A stretch of DNA of 63,532 nucleotides, filler included, from Folioceros fuciformis (lineage: Eukaryota), in assembly GCA_049999805.1 (NCBI GenBank). It is 6 parts of 5 records of this genome, joined end to end, with 100 filler letters (N's around TTAATTAATTAA, not from the genome) between each part and the next. Parts side by side here need not be neighbours in the genome. Positions count along the whole stretch, not along the records: positions 19,959 to 41,124 come from JBNGIO010006445.1; positions 41,225 to 44,249 come from JBNGIO010006449.1; positions 44,350 to 47,041 come from JBNGIO010006451.1; positions 47,142 to 57,693 come from JBNGIO010006452.1; 2 more parts are not named here. The stretch is one strand, 5' to 3'. Of the stretch, positions 36,899 to 49,468 are shown piece by piece. The stretch's first letter is position 1. The number at the start of each line of letters is the position of its first letter. Made by a program: the position numbers and the translations under genes. Below the pieces are notes generated by a model. It saw only the letters and a program-made list of their open reading frames with translations, was not told where the DNA came from and made no database searches.

Positions 36899-37610
36899 CA
36901 CTACTAAAGTAAGAGCATGTAAAACAAGACATAGTTTGATTCACTTCTTACCCAAAAAGACACTACTAAAAGAAGAGCATGTAAAACAAAAGATGGTCTG
37001 ATTCACTTCTTACCTAAGAGGTTGAATATCAGAATGTGCACCACTATGGAGTACTGATATAGATAGAGTTCTTTCACAGAAATTATAGGGTGGCGGTATA
37101 CGGTGCAAACAGTTTGGACATAACCTTTGTGCCCACTTCGGTCATAGGGCACATAACGTTTGTGCCCACTTCGGACATAGGGCACAAAGTAGGTGGCACA
37201 AAGTAGTGTCCCGATCGGGACAGCTACTTTGTTTTATCCCTTCACTTTCCTGTCTGTCTCCTCTACTCACACTCATTCCTTTTTTTAGTTAGTTAGGGTT
37301 AGGGCTACATCCATGGTTCAGAGCCTTCCTTCGGACCTCAAGATCATACTCTATTGCAGGCCAAGGGAGTAGGGGAGCCTTCCTTCGGACCTCAAGATCA
37401 TACTCTATTGCAGGCCAAGTGAGTAGGGGAGAGGGCACCCGAGGTCCATAAAAAGGGAGAAGGCGGTCGTGGCAGTGCGAAGGGGATTGTGAAACCCTGA
37501 AGTAGAGGATGGTAGAGACTGCAGCGGGAGGGAGGAAGCAGAGGATGGTAGAGATTGCAGTGGAAGGGGCAAGGTAGAGATTGCAGTGGGAGGGGCAAGG
37601 GGCAACGTGA
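36899..37610. repeat. Cluster of short direct and inverted repeats, possibly a DNA-transposon (CACTA-like) subterminal remnant
   Basis: ~62-bp x2 repeat starting CACTACTAAA (36899, 36961); 33-bp x2 with GTGCCC/GGGCAC hairpins (37119-37186); 35-bp palindrome (37198-37232); ~54-bp x2 (37321-37430); GGTAGAGA.TGCAG x3 (37511-37590). No matching TAGTG end was found. Confidence 0.5.
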
Positions 37611-38767
37611 AGCGCGTCAGCGTTGCTGCAGGTGGTAAACCTGAGGCTCTAGGTGATTCTGACCATGCCCACAGGCTGGCTGTACGAGGGGAATGGCGGT
37701 GCACCTGCACAGCAGCTGCATGTAGACCTGACTACGGGATGAAAGACATTTTGTATGAACCAAAATGAAGAAAAACGCTATGTCCCTTTCGGTCCACAAA
37801 GAGGTTAGAGGTAGAGAAAAAAAATTCGTGTGTATAGGTGTATAGGTGTACAGGTAGGGTTAGATGACGTGGCGAGGTCTGAGAAATATTCCCTAGATGC
37901 CATAGAATATTCGTGTGTAAAATATATATTCCAACTAAAAAATGAGTTTGCAGTCCCTATCCGCATCGGTATTCCATACTTACTTACAAGCATTAGGATA
38001 CATAATTGAAAGGTGCTGTTATATCCACATTGCATAAAAACATACCTTGAAAAAGAAAAAAATCTTTAAACATGAGATCATTTTAAGTTAGGGTATTTGA
38101 ATATATAACTATATAATACGTTTATATAAGAATCATATAATTTTTTGAACTATATTATTTAATATAAATCTAAAATTATTATTTTTTAAGCTAGGTATCA
38201 TACTAGCCCCCATCATTCCCTGTGCTGAGTACATTGTGCAATGGAGTTCTTATGTTTAAGCAACGTGCTGGGTAGTTTAATTCATGATTAAAAAACGTTA
38301 TATAAAAATATTTCTTTTTTATATAATTTATGTACCATGTATATAATTAAAAAGAGTTTTATTTTAAAAAGATAAATAAATCCTTTTTAATATAATAAGA
38401 TTATAAATAGTTAAAAATAAGTTTTATTTCATTTAATAGAGATTGAGGATGTTCCTCCAACATCGACCTCACCATCGAGTTGAAGTTTAACAGCGAGCTC
38501 ATGAGCTGTTCAACATCCAGTTCAAGTTGAAGTTCAACGTAGGGTTCATCAGCTTTTACTTCAACTTCGGATTAGGGTTCTAGAGCTCAAAAGCTAAACA
38601 ATCCTGAAACCCTACGCCGTTCGGCTTCTCGCAAAATCGTGGCTGATGACACAGCGTCTGCGCAAATCATGCTACAAAACTAGCCAACAAAACTGAGAGC
38701 CGGAGTACCTAGGCTCTTCTGTGTGAAACGCCTAGGATGAACATTCTGGGCAGCAAATCGCAAGATT

Positions 38768-41124
38768 CTAGCAGTAGAACATCTTGTGTCGAATTTTCGG
38801 GGCTGGATTAGGAACTTCAGTGTCTCCTGGTCCGATGTAACACCGGGCTCTGAAGGCCAGGTGATGGGCATAATATGCCGGTGGCACAATCGACACAGAT
38901 CGGGTGCATCTGGCATACGTCGAACACAGATAGTTAGTCAGGGTCTGCAGAGAGTCGGCAGAGAATCTGTTGTCATCGTAGAGCACATGGTAATGGGTGG
39001 GCCGGCTGGTTCCCTTCAATCCTGCATGACTGCACAGATAGAAATCGAACTCTGTAGGATGACACACGCCGGAGTCCACAACAGTCCCCGCCTTGATATT
39101 CCCCTTCCTGTCGCGATACATCTCGTCTCTGCTGAAAGGGAAGAAGCGCGTGTGGTGCCTCTTCTGGACAACGACGAAGGTGACCAACGGGTTGTAGTCT
39201 GCTTCAAGACTGTGGCAAGCCCTTTGAATGGCCGTCAGCTCATTGCTCAACACAATTTGAAACTGGCCTTCACTCACACCATCCCGGTAGAAAAGAATCC
39301 GTCCCGGCTTCATCTTGGATTGGCTGTAGAAGGACATTAAGAGCGTCCTGACCATACCCTCAAGCTTCAAAATCTGCTCCACGCGGCTCTTCTGGGAACT
39401 GATCAGGCCAGCATAGGTAGACACATACGGCCAATCCTGAGAGGCAACTACTGCAGCGATGGATATTCCATCATCTCCTGGGCTAGGATGAGTAACATCG
39501 GCACCGAAGATGATCGTTGGCGTTGCGCCTAAAGTTGGAAGCTTGCTTGACACGGCTTCGACCAGCACATTGTTTCTTCCTCCCATCTTCACATTGATCT
39601 TCATGGCAACGTTGGCCATATACTGGTCCTTCCCCATTCTTACATGCTTGGCACTGCAGCACTGCGACATCACGCCAATGTTTGTCTCGCAGATCCTCTT
39701 CAATTCGGCATACCAGTCATACCTGATGTCAGGCAGCGCCACAAGGAGCAAGTCCACATCCTTGTTTTTCATAAAATCTGTAAACTTATTCGCATTCGGA
39801 GGCAAATTAGCAATGGGGAACACGGGACTGGTGTTGAAGTGCATTCCCAGATCGGTGCACTTTCGGACGAGGGCTTGGAAAAACCGGAAGGTATCGTCGT
39901 TGGAGAGGTGCGAGAAGTTGACGGCAGCCCACCTGTCAACTCTACCCCCCGAATGGAACTGAACCTTGCCCATCATATTCCAAGCACCGTTTACAGGCTG
40001 AACAGAGTGACCTGTGCCGTACAACAACGTGGGAGGTGGCAAAAGCCTCGCATCCACAGTCACAATCTTGTCACTGACCTGCATCCCGAACTCTCTAGCG
40101 TAAGAATCTTTCATATACTGGTTGAGGTTAACAATGTTCAAAATATCCCGCTCTCTGTCAGCAGGACTTTGAGAGGTCATCTCAAGTAGACCACTCCTGG
40201 CTCTCTCCCCAAGCATTCTCCCCGGGTATCGCTGCCCAGGCAAAATCCTACACAGTTCCATAGGCAGATAATTTGGTCTCGACGCCGACCCCACATCCAA
40301 GCACGGCAGCCTAGTCCACCTCAGCTCCTTATCATACTTGTTCTTGAAATATTGCACCACGCTTATCTGCTGTCCACCTGAATCTGCAAAAGTAAGCTCA
40401 CCAGTCGTGACGTCGGTGAGCTTGAATACCCGGTGCTTCCTTCTCATCTCGCCCCGATGAGTCACCTCCACCTTCACTCCCCGGAGTGTTCTCCCAATTT
40501 CTCTGCATTGCGCTTCAGTGAGGGCTCTCTTCTCGTCCAAGGTCCTGTCGCGCTCCCTCAGGAAATCAATGACATGCATCTCTCCCAGCAGAGCAGTTGC
40601 TGAAACATTCACATTCAACGACAAGCCCATCTGCACAGGGCGGACACTTTGGAAAAAACCTCTCCACCCCACCAGCCCATCACCCAGATTAACGACCCCC
40701 CCAAGGTTTGGCGAGTAAAAGGACCTCCCAATGGGACTGTAATTTAGAGTAGGCCGCTCCCGCAAAACAATGTCCAGCTCCTGAATCAACTCTTGCGGCA
40801 AGTCGGAGGTCTTCCCCTCACGAAACAGACGCCATTGCGCCACATCCACGGTCCTCGCGAACTTGATGGTGATGTTATACTTTCTCTCCTTTCTCGGCTT
40901 CACATCATTTGCAGTCTCCTCCCTCTCCCTCCCCCTCTCCTCGTCGGGGGAGACAACAAACGTCTTGCAATCAAACGGCAATTTCCCAGCCGAGTACAGA
41001 CTACTCCTCCCATCATACACAGGCATCCTTCCCCCAAATTCCCCGCCATACAATCTGAGCATCAGGGCGATCAGCAGCCGGTTGAGAGACCGAGACACAA
41101 CCTCCGGCGTTATAAGCACATGGT
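38768..41124 (-). CDS. AGO: Argonaute (AGO1/5/10-like), intronless, 5'-truncated by an assembly gap
   Basis: Uninterrupted ~785-codon ORF with N (ITPEVVSR, VYDGRSSLYSAG), L1, PAZ (NYLPMELC), MID (ELKRICET..SQCC, KINVKMGGRN) and PIWI (GADVTHP, RDGVSEGQF, GTSRPTHYHVL, AYYAHHLAFRAR, MFYC*). Confidence 0.97.
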
Positions 41125-41859
41125 NNNNNNNNNNNNNNNNNNNNNNNNNNNNNNNNNNNNNNNNNNNNTTAATTAATTAANNNNNNNNNNNNNNNNNNNN
41201 NNNNNNNNNNNNNNNNNNNNNNNNCTCGTATTCTGTCATCCACAGGTCCTACCGCATGGGCTCAACAGATGTGAAGCCAAGACTGGCTAATTCAGCAGTC
41301 TCCCTCAGCAATCGGCTGGGATGCGTGTGCGAAGCCGACACCGGCTTCATCCGGACTCGGGTTGCGGATGGTCAGCCCGATGTCGTGTCCATTGTCCTCT
41401 TCCGCCAGCGAGCGTTCATCGCCGTGGAGAGAGCGCTCATTTGTGCGAACCTTCCAAACGGTCTTCCGTCATAGTCCAAGATCCGTGGAGGCGCTATCTA
41501 CTCATGCGGTCTGGATTCGGTACACGGGATTCTAGAGCGAGCTTCTGTGGATGCATCCACACTAGGCAAGCATACTTATGTTATCTTCCTGAGCGGCGGT
41601 GCACATTGCGGTCTGACGGATCCGGTGGCCATGGTAAAGACGATGAAAGACGGCGACAAATATCTCGTCTTCCACACGATACGCTTCCGTTCAGAAATCA
41701 GAAAAAAAGGATGAGGAGACATTGCAGAGGATGGCAGCCGCCGGTGCTGGGAAGTGTGAGGTCTGCATCAACGGAGAGCAGCTGGCAAGGAGCTTTGAAG
41801 GTTTAGCCAAGAGTCTGAGGTAGACTCGAGCAGTGAGCGGGCCTTCAAGAGCTAGGTGC

Positions 41860-42205
41860 AAGAGTCAAGTTCTTGAAAGCTGCAAGACATTTTCCACAGA
41901 GCACTCTGCAAATCATGTCTTGGGCAAAGGCGGCTGCAAAACGTGTTCCTTTGTTCCTCAAGCTTGAGATGCAAGTGTTTGGGGATGGACATCTCACAGT
42001 TGGGCAGAAGGTGGAGCTACTACACTAGGGGAAGGTATTGCATGCCGCAGCTCCTGTAAGGGCATTAAAGTCTCTTTGTTGGTATCCGTCTGGGTAGTCT
42101 GTATGCAAAGTGTGGGAGCTCAGAGGATGCAGACAGGTCTTTGATTGTTTGACACTGCCTGGTGCAGTGTTGTGGGCTGGCGTAGCTGGAGGGTATGCTT
42201 AGAAA
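41860..42205 (+). pseudogene. Decayed PLS-class pentatricopeptide-repeat gene fragment
   Basis: Broken frames read GKVLHA..LFVGIRLGSLYAKCGSSEDA(frameshift)RQVFDCL..AVLWAGVAGGYA*, the classic L/S/P motif signature. Confidence 0.7.
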
Positions 42206-43425
42206 TCGCAGGAGGGATGGCGTCGCAGCTGTAACAGCAGATGCAGAAAGCAGGCATCAGGCTGCAATAAACGACTTCGTGTCAGTGGTCTCGCGCTTGC
42301 TTGCAGAGAAGGGGATAGTTCCATCCACGAATGGGAACTACGCCAACATCCTAAGAGAGAGGAAGGAGATGTATGCTTTGGCCACTCAGGGGTCCATCGT
42401 GACTTGACGATGCCAATGCAGCGTACGACTTCCCAGCAACCAGACAGTAGTTAGGAAGGATTCAACAGGCAGCCATCAATCTCCACCTGCTCAGAACAAA
42501 TAGTTAATCCTCTCGAAACGTTAAGTCAGATCTTACTAGTCGAGGGGTTCGAAGCAGCAACCTACTCTTGAACCTGTGATTTTGGTAGTCCTACAAATTC
42601 CCTGCTGGTCACAACGGTCACAGCCTGCGAAACGATTAGTCCTGTGGCGAAGGGTCATACCCAGCATTGCAGCCCTCTGCTCGTGAAATTCTGAATACAA
42701 GTTTAGGCCCCCCTCGTACCTGGCCACGATAGCCCTCCATGGAACAGGGGCAGCCAACACCTGCAGGCTGCAGCCAGTCCTGAAAGAGTCCTGTTTTCAA
42801 CGATCCTTCTATACCCGAAAACATCTGGTCTATCAACTCTTCCCTGGAATTCTCCTAGCTGAAGAGAGGCTAGCAGAATATTCTGCACGCTCTCTTTATC
42901 GAATTTTTATGGGAACGTCATCCTTGAATGTTTATGGGAACGTCATCCTGCCCCGGTGCATTGACTGTTTATGGGAACGTCATCCTGCCCAAGTGTCACT
43001 AGGCGTAAACTGTGTGCATGTTCTTGTGCATATACCCCATATTGCATAGGAGTGTTGTGTGGTCCCTGAGCCTTTCCTAACCATTGGCTTTCATTCCACA
43101 AAGGTACCCAAATTTTCTTATCGTATCGTGTGTCCCCCCTACCCCGATTGCCTGGCAATGTTTCAGAATCTGCGGAGCATCCCGCGGGAGGAGAGCTGCA
43201 TTAGTTAGTAACTGTAGCAACTGGAGAGGTTGCACACGGTACGCAATGCCTAAAAGGCGGAGTACCTCATCTACCGCCGCCAACAATCAATGATCCGAGC
43301 GAATGTTATACATACTGTATATCCANNNNNNNNNNNNNNNNNNNNNNNNNNNNNNNNNNNNNNNNNNNNNNNNNNNNNNNNNNNNNNNNNNNNNNNNNNN
43401 NNNNNNNNNNNNNNNNNNNNNNNNN

Positions 43426-44249
43426 GCCTTTTTCTTCATAGCCAGGATGTTGTTGCATATAAATTTCAGTATCAAGTTTGCCATTCAAGAATGCTGTCTT
43501 GACATCAAACATCTGTAATTCATAATCCTTATATGCTGATATTGCACACATGTCTCGCAGGGTTGGGAGTTTCACCACAGGAGCATAAGTCTCCAGGTAG
43601 TCTACACCTGGCACTTGTGAAAAGCCTCGTACTACAAGACGAGCTTTGTATTTGTCAAATGTACCATATGCTTTAACTTTGAGTTTGAACACCCATTTGC
43701 ATGTAACCATTTTTCTGCGAGGGGGTAACTTTGCCAATTCCCATGTGCCATTTTCAATGAGTGAATCATATTCTGACTGTATGGCTTTCTCCCACTCCTT
43801 GTGATCAGGTCTGCGTAGAGCCTCAGGATATGATTGTGGCTCAATAGGATCAAGATCAATAGCAGCATAAGCCTGAACATAATCAGAAGAAGGACGAAAG
43901 TCAGGTGCACTGTAAAAATCAGGAGGTCGCCGTTCACGGGTAGGATAGTGGCGAACAGGTGCAGAGTCTTGCATAGGTATTGATTCAATATCATCTGCAG
44001 CAATGGGTTCAGAGTCTGGCAAATCAGGCTCATCAAATGGAGGATCGGGGGGATCAGGTAAGATGTCTCCATGAGGATGGAGGTCCTGCAAAACAGATTG
44101 ATCAGAGTCTAACAATGATGCATCTGCTTCTGACTCTGGAACAGTAACTGATGTGTCCCCCCTTGCAGGAGATACATCCGAATCATTAGTGCCATGATCT
44201 GTAAGGTCAAAATAAGAAATCTCAAGAGTGTCTTCAGCATCATCAGAGT
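43426..44249 (-). mobile_element. Ty1/copia pol fragment (integrase-RT linker and RT start) between two gaps
   Basis: EPQSYPEAL..WEKAIQSEYDSLIENGTWEL..CKWVFKLK..KARLVVRGFSQ..FDVKTAFLNG. Closely similar to the element at 58402-62431. Confidence 0.93.
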
Positions 44250-44349
44250 NNNNNNNNNNNNNNNNNNNNNNNNNNNNNNNNNNNNNNNNNNNNTTAATTA
44301 ATTAANNNNNNNNNNNNNNNNNNNNNNNNNNNNNNNNNNNNNNNNNNNN

Positions 44350-44545
44350 TGTGAAGGATGTGAAAGATGTGGAGGTTGTGCAAGCGGTTGTTGCCAAAAC
44401 TGAATGAATAATAATATACAAAAAGATTACAAGATGTGTTTAAATACTCATGACCTAGAGTCATGTTATTTCACTTCAACTAAACATATTTAATCTAAAT
44501 TAAATATATACAACCCTAAGTGTGACAGAGCTTGTTATCTTAACA
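44350..44545 (-). repeat. 3' LTR of copia element (may continue into the gap)
   Basis: Begins with TG at 44545 directly after the PPT; AT-rich with a TATA-like stretch. Confidence 0.75.
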
Positions 44546-47041
44546 CTCCCTCTCAAGCTTCACGCTTAGGTAACAGTTTGTCCAAAGCAGTCTCCACAAA
44601 ACAAAACAAAACAAAGCAAATAGTCCACCAGCGGCCAATGATTCTCCATGCATGGGGCGTCCCCCACTCTGTGGTAGAAAACACATGTGCCAGCGGCGTA
44701 GTTGCAGCAGCTCTGAATTTGAAGAAAAACTCATGAACAAACAACTTGAAGATAAATAACTCACGACTGGTTGTCTGCATGTAGCTTCATCCACTGAGTT
44801 ATCTGTTCTCCCATGTACTATGTGCCATTCACATATGCTAAGTAATCACCCAGCCCTAAGCCATCCATATGCTTATAGTGTTTTGGCTTTGAAAGTGCTT
44901 TGGTTAGAATGTCGGCCACATTATCATCTGTTCCAACAAAGCTAACCTTCGTTACCCCTCTATCCACAGCATCCCTGATGTAGTGATGGGATATCTCTAT
45001 ATGCTTGGTGCGCGCGTGGAAACGAGGGTTAGCAACCAAAGCAAGCGCTGACATGTTGTCACAAAGTATGGGGGTAGGGTCCTGTTGTGTCTGCCCCAAG
45101 TCTTGTAAAAACCTCCTCTCCCATTCAGCCTCCTTGGTGGCTTCAGTGAGAGATTTATACTCTGCCTCCGTTGACGACAAAGATATAGAGGGTTGTTTCT
45201 TGCAACTCCAATTAATGGCAGCTCCTGCAAGAAGAAAGCAATATGTGGAGAGGCTGCGACGGGAGTCAGCATCAGACGCCCAATCGGCATCTGTAAAACC
45301 TTGTAGAATGAGTTTAGCCTTGCCACTACGCTTATATATGAGCCCATGTGTCAAAGTGCCTTTTAAGTATCTGAAAATACGCTTGACGGCAACCCAATGA
45401 GCCCTGCCCGGATGTTCTAGAAACTGTGACACTGTGCTTACAGCATACTGAATATCAGGTCGGGTCCAATTCGCCACAAAAATGAGACTTCCGACTGCGT
45501 GTCTATATGGAACATCCTGCATATCCAACTGCTCCTCTGGGGTTTGCGCACATTGAAGACTAGTGAGCTTCACACCCATAGCAGCTGGAGTAGTGGCTGG
45601 TCGTGCCTCGTCCATATGAAACTTAGCCAAAATTTCCTTGATGTACTTGTTTTGATGTATGGCTATCACCCCATCAGCCCTCACCAACTGGATCCCTAAA
45701 CAAAACTTCAAGTCACCAATATCCTTCATTTCAAATTTGTTAGATAAAAGCTGCTTGACATGTTCTAAAAGGGTCTTGTCATTTGTGGCTAATATTACGT
45801 CATCAACATATAAAGCCAAAATGACGTATGAGGAGCCTTGGGTAAGCATATATATATTGGAATCAGCAGTACTTTGTACAAAGTTAATTTCCAATAAGTA
45901 AACATGCATGGTAAAGTACCATACTCTACCAGATTGCTTGAGGCCATAAATACATTTGAGAAGTAATAAAACTCTGTTGGGGTATTTAGAATCAACATAC
46001 CCCTCAGGTTGTTGCATATAAAGTTCCTCCTCAAGCTTGCCGTACAAATACGCTGTGCAAACATCCATTTGATGCAGATACAAATCATGTTCCGTTGCCA
46101 TAGCAAGTAACATCCTAATGGATTGAGATCTAACCACAGGACTGAATGTCTCTTGATAATCTAGGCCTTCAACCTGCGTGAATCCCCTAGCAACGAGTCG
46201 AGATTTATAACGTGCTATCTCTCCTTTCGAGTTGAGCTTGTGCTTGAAAACCCACTTGCACGGGATGGGTTTTCTGCCAGGTGGCAAATCCACTAACTTC
46301 CAAGTATTGTTCTTGATCAAGGATTGATACTCATCCTCTACTGATATACGCCACTTGTCACCATCAGAGCCAGACAGAGCTTGCTTCAAATTGATCGGCT
46401 CATCAGGGATGACAGCAGCAAGTGATGTGGAAGTGTTGTGAAAATCTAAAGACTCATAGGGGGGCTCAATCCACTCGGCTCTAGGTGGTCTTTGGCGGGT
46501 GGATCTGCGCAACTCGGGTTCTGGTGGGACTTCTACAACCTGTGGCAGCATGACGTCTGCCTCTAAAGCAGGTTCATGGTCATCCTGAATAAGGTCAGGA
46601 ACTACATCTTCCATGAGAGGTTCAGGGTCATGTGGAGGGTCATGCTGGATATCCTGTGCATCTAAAACAGGCGGAGGGTTAGCTGGCAACTCATCATCTT
46701 GTGGATACATAGCAGGTACCTCATCAGTGTCCTGCTCATCATCATAAACAACTAATGGATGTGCTCCCTCTGCCGCAGGGTGTGCTCCCTCTACTGAAGT
46801 TGCCGGTTCACCATGAGCATAGATAGGTTCAATGAAAGTGACGCTACGGGCTAAGGTTAGAGAGTGAGTAACTGGATCATAGAGCTTGTATGCCTTGGCA
46901 GTCTCGCTGTATCCTACGAAAACAAGGCCCTTGGCTCTCATGTCAAGCTTCCTCCTCTTTTCGGAAGGGATATAAGCGAAGGCCTTAGCTCCAAATACCC
47001 GAAGATGAAGTAGGCTAGGCTTGCGCTTCCAAAATACCTCA
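44350..47041 (-). mobile_element. Ty1/copia element, 3' half (integrase C-terminus, RT, RNase H, PPT, 3' LTR)
   Basis: ORF 44818-47041 with KSRLVARGF, QMDVCTAYL, LYVDDV, GFTDADWA, RTKHIEI. On the minus strand the PPT TTGAGAGGGAG (44546-44556) is immediately followed by TGTTAAG. Confidence 0.95.
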
Positions 47042-49165
47042 NNNNNNNNNNNNNNNNNNNNNNNNNNNNNNNNNNNNNNNNNNNNTTAATTAATTAANNN
47101 NNNNNNNNNNNNNNNNNNNNNNNNNNNNNNNNNNNNNNNNNCCACCCGACATCAGCAAGGAGGTTGCTGCAATGCTGGAGGAAGAGCTGACTAGGCTGAT
47201 GCACCGGTCTAAGAAGGTCACGTTTGCAGACCCTCTTGTGACAGGGGTGGTGGAGAGTGCAAGTCCCTTGGAGAAGGAACAGGAAGGAGAGAAGGTTGAT
47301 CGAAGCGAGGAGGATGGAGGGATCAATCCTCCTAAGACAACAACAGCAAGGGAGGCTTTGGCCATGAAGGTTGCTGGATTTGCTGACGCCTTGCTTGACC
47401 AGGAGTTTGTGGTGAGCTTGAGACAGCTCTTGTCTGTTAGTCCCAAGGCCAGGAAGATCGTCAAGGAAGCCATCCGAGGGATACCGGAGCCACTCGAAGG
47501 GAAGACAATCCCGACTTGGATGAGTTCAGTGGAGTTGGCTGATTGTGGAGCTCCTGAAATAGAGGTGGAGATTGCAGGTTGTCTAGTACCGGATGTACCG
47601 TTGGATACGGGGTCTGGTGTCAATCTCATGACGGAGGACACAGCCCATCGTTTGGGGTTCACGGAGTTTGACCCTATCCGCGTGTACCTTCGGATGGCAG
47701 ATCAGACCAAGAGGAAGCCTCTAGGAGTGTTGAAGGATGTGCCCACGGTGATAGGAGGGATCATGTTCAAGCTAACCTACATTGTCATGAGGCCAGTGTC
47801 TGACCTAGGGTACAAGGTGCTCCTTGGGAGACCATGGTTGTACGGGACAGCTTGTGTGTTTGATTTTGGCAGGAAAGGTGTGACCTTTAGGTCTAAACCT
47901 ACAGGACCTGCTGAAGTTTCGTTTGTCTCGTGGAGCAAAGCTCCCTATGGGGGAGAAACAGCAGGACCATCCCCCGGGTACACATCCGGTAGTGCTGGAG
48001 GTAGCACTTCCAGCAGTACAGGAGCCTACAAGGGAGTAGGGCATACTGTCAGGATGGTGGATTTGGGTCAAGAGGTGAATTGTTTCCATACTGAAGTGGT
48101 GGAGAATGAAGATCCACAGGAGGATGAAGAGCAAAGGGAAGGAGCTGCCTTTTGGAAGGGGAAAGCCTATGACTATGATTTCCCAGAAGAAGGATCAGGA
48201 ACAAGTGTAGGGAGTAGTCCCGAAGGAGTTTACGTGGATCCTGATGCTGTCGAGGACATGGAGTTGACCCCAGGGAAGAAGGTCAAGGTGTCCAAGTACC
48301 TCACACCCAAGGAGAAGGTAGGTTTGAAGGCACTGTTGATTGAATATCTGGATGTGTTTGCCTTCAAGGTGACGGACATGACAGGTGTTCCGGAGGAGCT
48401 GGGTGTTCATAGGATAGATCTCAAGGAGGGAAGCACACCGGTTCGAGTGAAGCAATACCGATTGAACCCAAAGTACTCCATGGTTGTGAAGGAGCAGTTG
48501 GATCAGTACTTGGAGGCTGGAGTCATCTATCCTGTCCTAACTAGTGAGTGGGTAGCTCCAATTGTGGTGGTGCCTAAGAAGCAAGCTGGCAAGGTGAGGG
48601 TTTGCCAGGACTTCAGGAAGCTCAATGAGGCGACCAAGAAAGACCATCATCCACTCCCTTTCATGGACAGTGTGCTGGACACAGTTGCTGGACATGAGAT
48701 GTACAGTTTCCTAGATGGGTATTCAGGTTACAATCAGATCACACTGCGGGAGGAGGATCGCGACAAGACGACTTTCACAACTAATTGGGGGACCTACCCC
48801 TACGCCAAGTTGCCTTTTGGGCTCTGCAATGCTCCGGCAACTTTTCAGCGGGTGGTGAATACCATTTTCAAGGAGTTCCTTCGGAAGTTCATGGAGGTGT
48901 TTTTGGATGACTTTTGTGTCTTTGGAAGGAGGTACCTACACTTGGAACAGCTGAGGAAGTGCTTGCAGAGGTGTAGGGAGACTAACCTCAAGTTGCATTC
49001 GGGGAAGTGTTTCTTTTGCATGACGGAGGGTATCTTGCTAGCCCATAGAGTTTCAGCCAGGGGGTTGCAAGTCGACATGGAAAAGGTGAAGATCATCTCG
49101 GAGATGGATGCACCTCAGAGCGTGAGACATGTTAGAGCCTTCATTGGGTTGGTGGGTTACTACAG

Positions 49166-49456
49166 TGTTGAGTTATCGAGCTCTATATGAGCTAAACTCA
49201 TGTGGTGTTAGTTATCCCAGTTGGGTTCATACTAGACTAGTTCTAGTTATTAGTGAACTTAGGATAGTGTAGATTATCCCATATTGAACCTGGAAGTTGT
49301 GTAGCCCTAAATGTACTACTTAAATGGAGACCTCGGACCTCCATAGTAAGACAGTGGTGATGTGTATTGTTTTTGGTTGTGACCACCAATACCACCCTCT
49401 CTTCTCTCCTCTCCTCTCCTACACTTGCACATAGACTGGAGTCGATCCTATTGACA
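49166..49456 (+). repeat. 5' LTR (291 bp, TG...CA) of the nested copia
   Basis: TGTTGAG...TTGACA directly followed by the PBS. Confidence 0.9.
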
Positions 49457-49468
49457 TGGTATCAGAGC
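49457..49468 (+). promoter_or_regulatory. Primer-binding site complementary to initiator tRNA-Met
   Basis: TGGTATCAGAGC immediately after the LTR's terminal CA. Confidence 0.93.

Noticed and set aside
41225-41810. Possible N-terminus of the Argonaute beyond the gap
   Set aside because: Minus-strand frames show no AGO-like or Gly/Gln-rich sequence.
42420-43325. Short ORFs and a 19-bp x3 repeat (TTTATGGGAACGTCATCCT, ~42907-42990)
   Set aside because: No identifiable product; likely decayed sequence.
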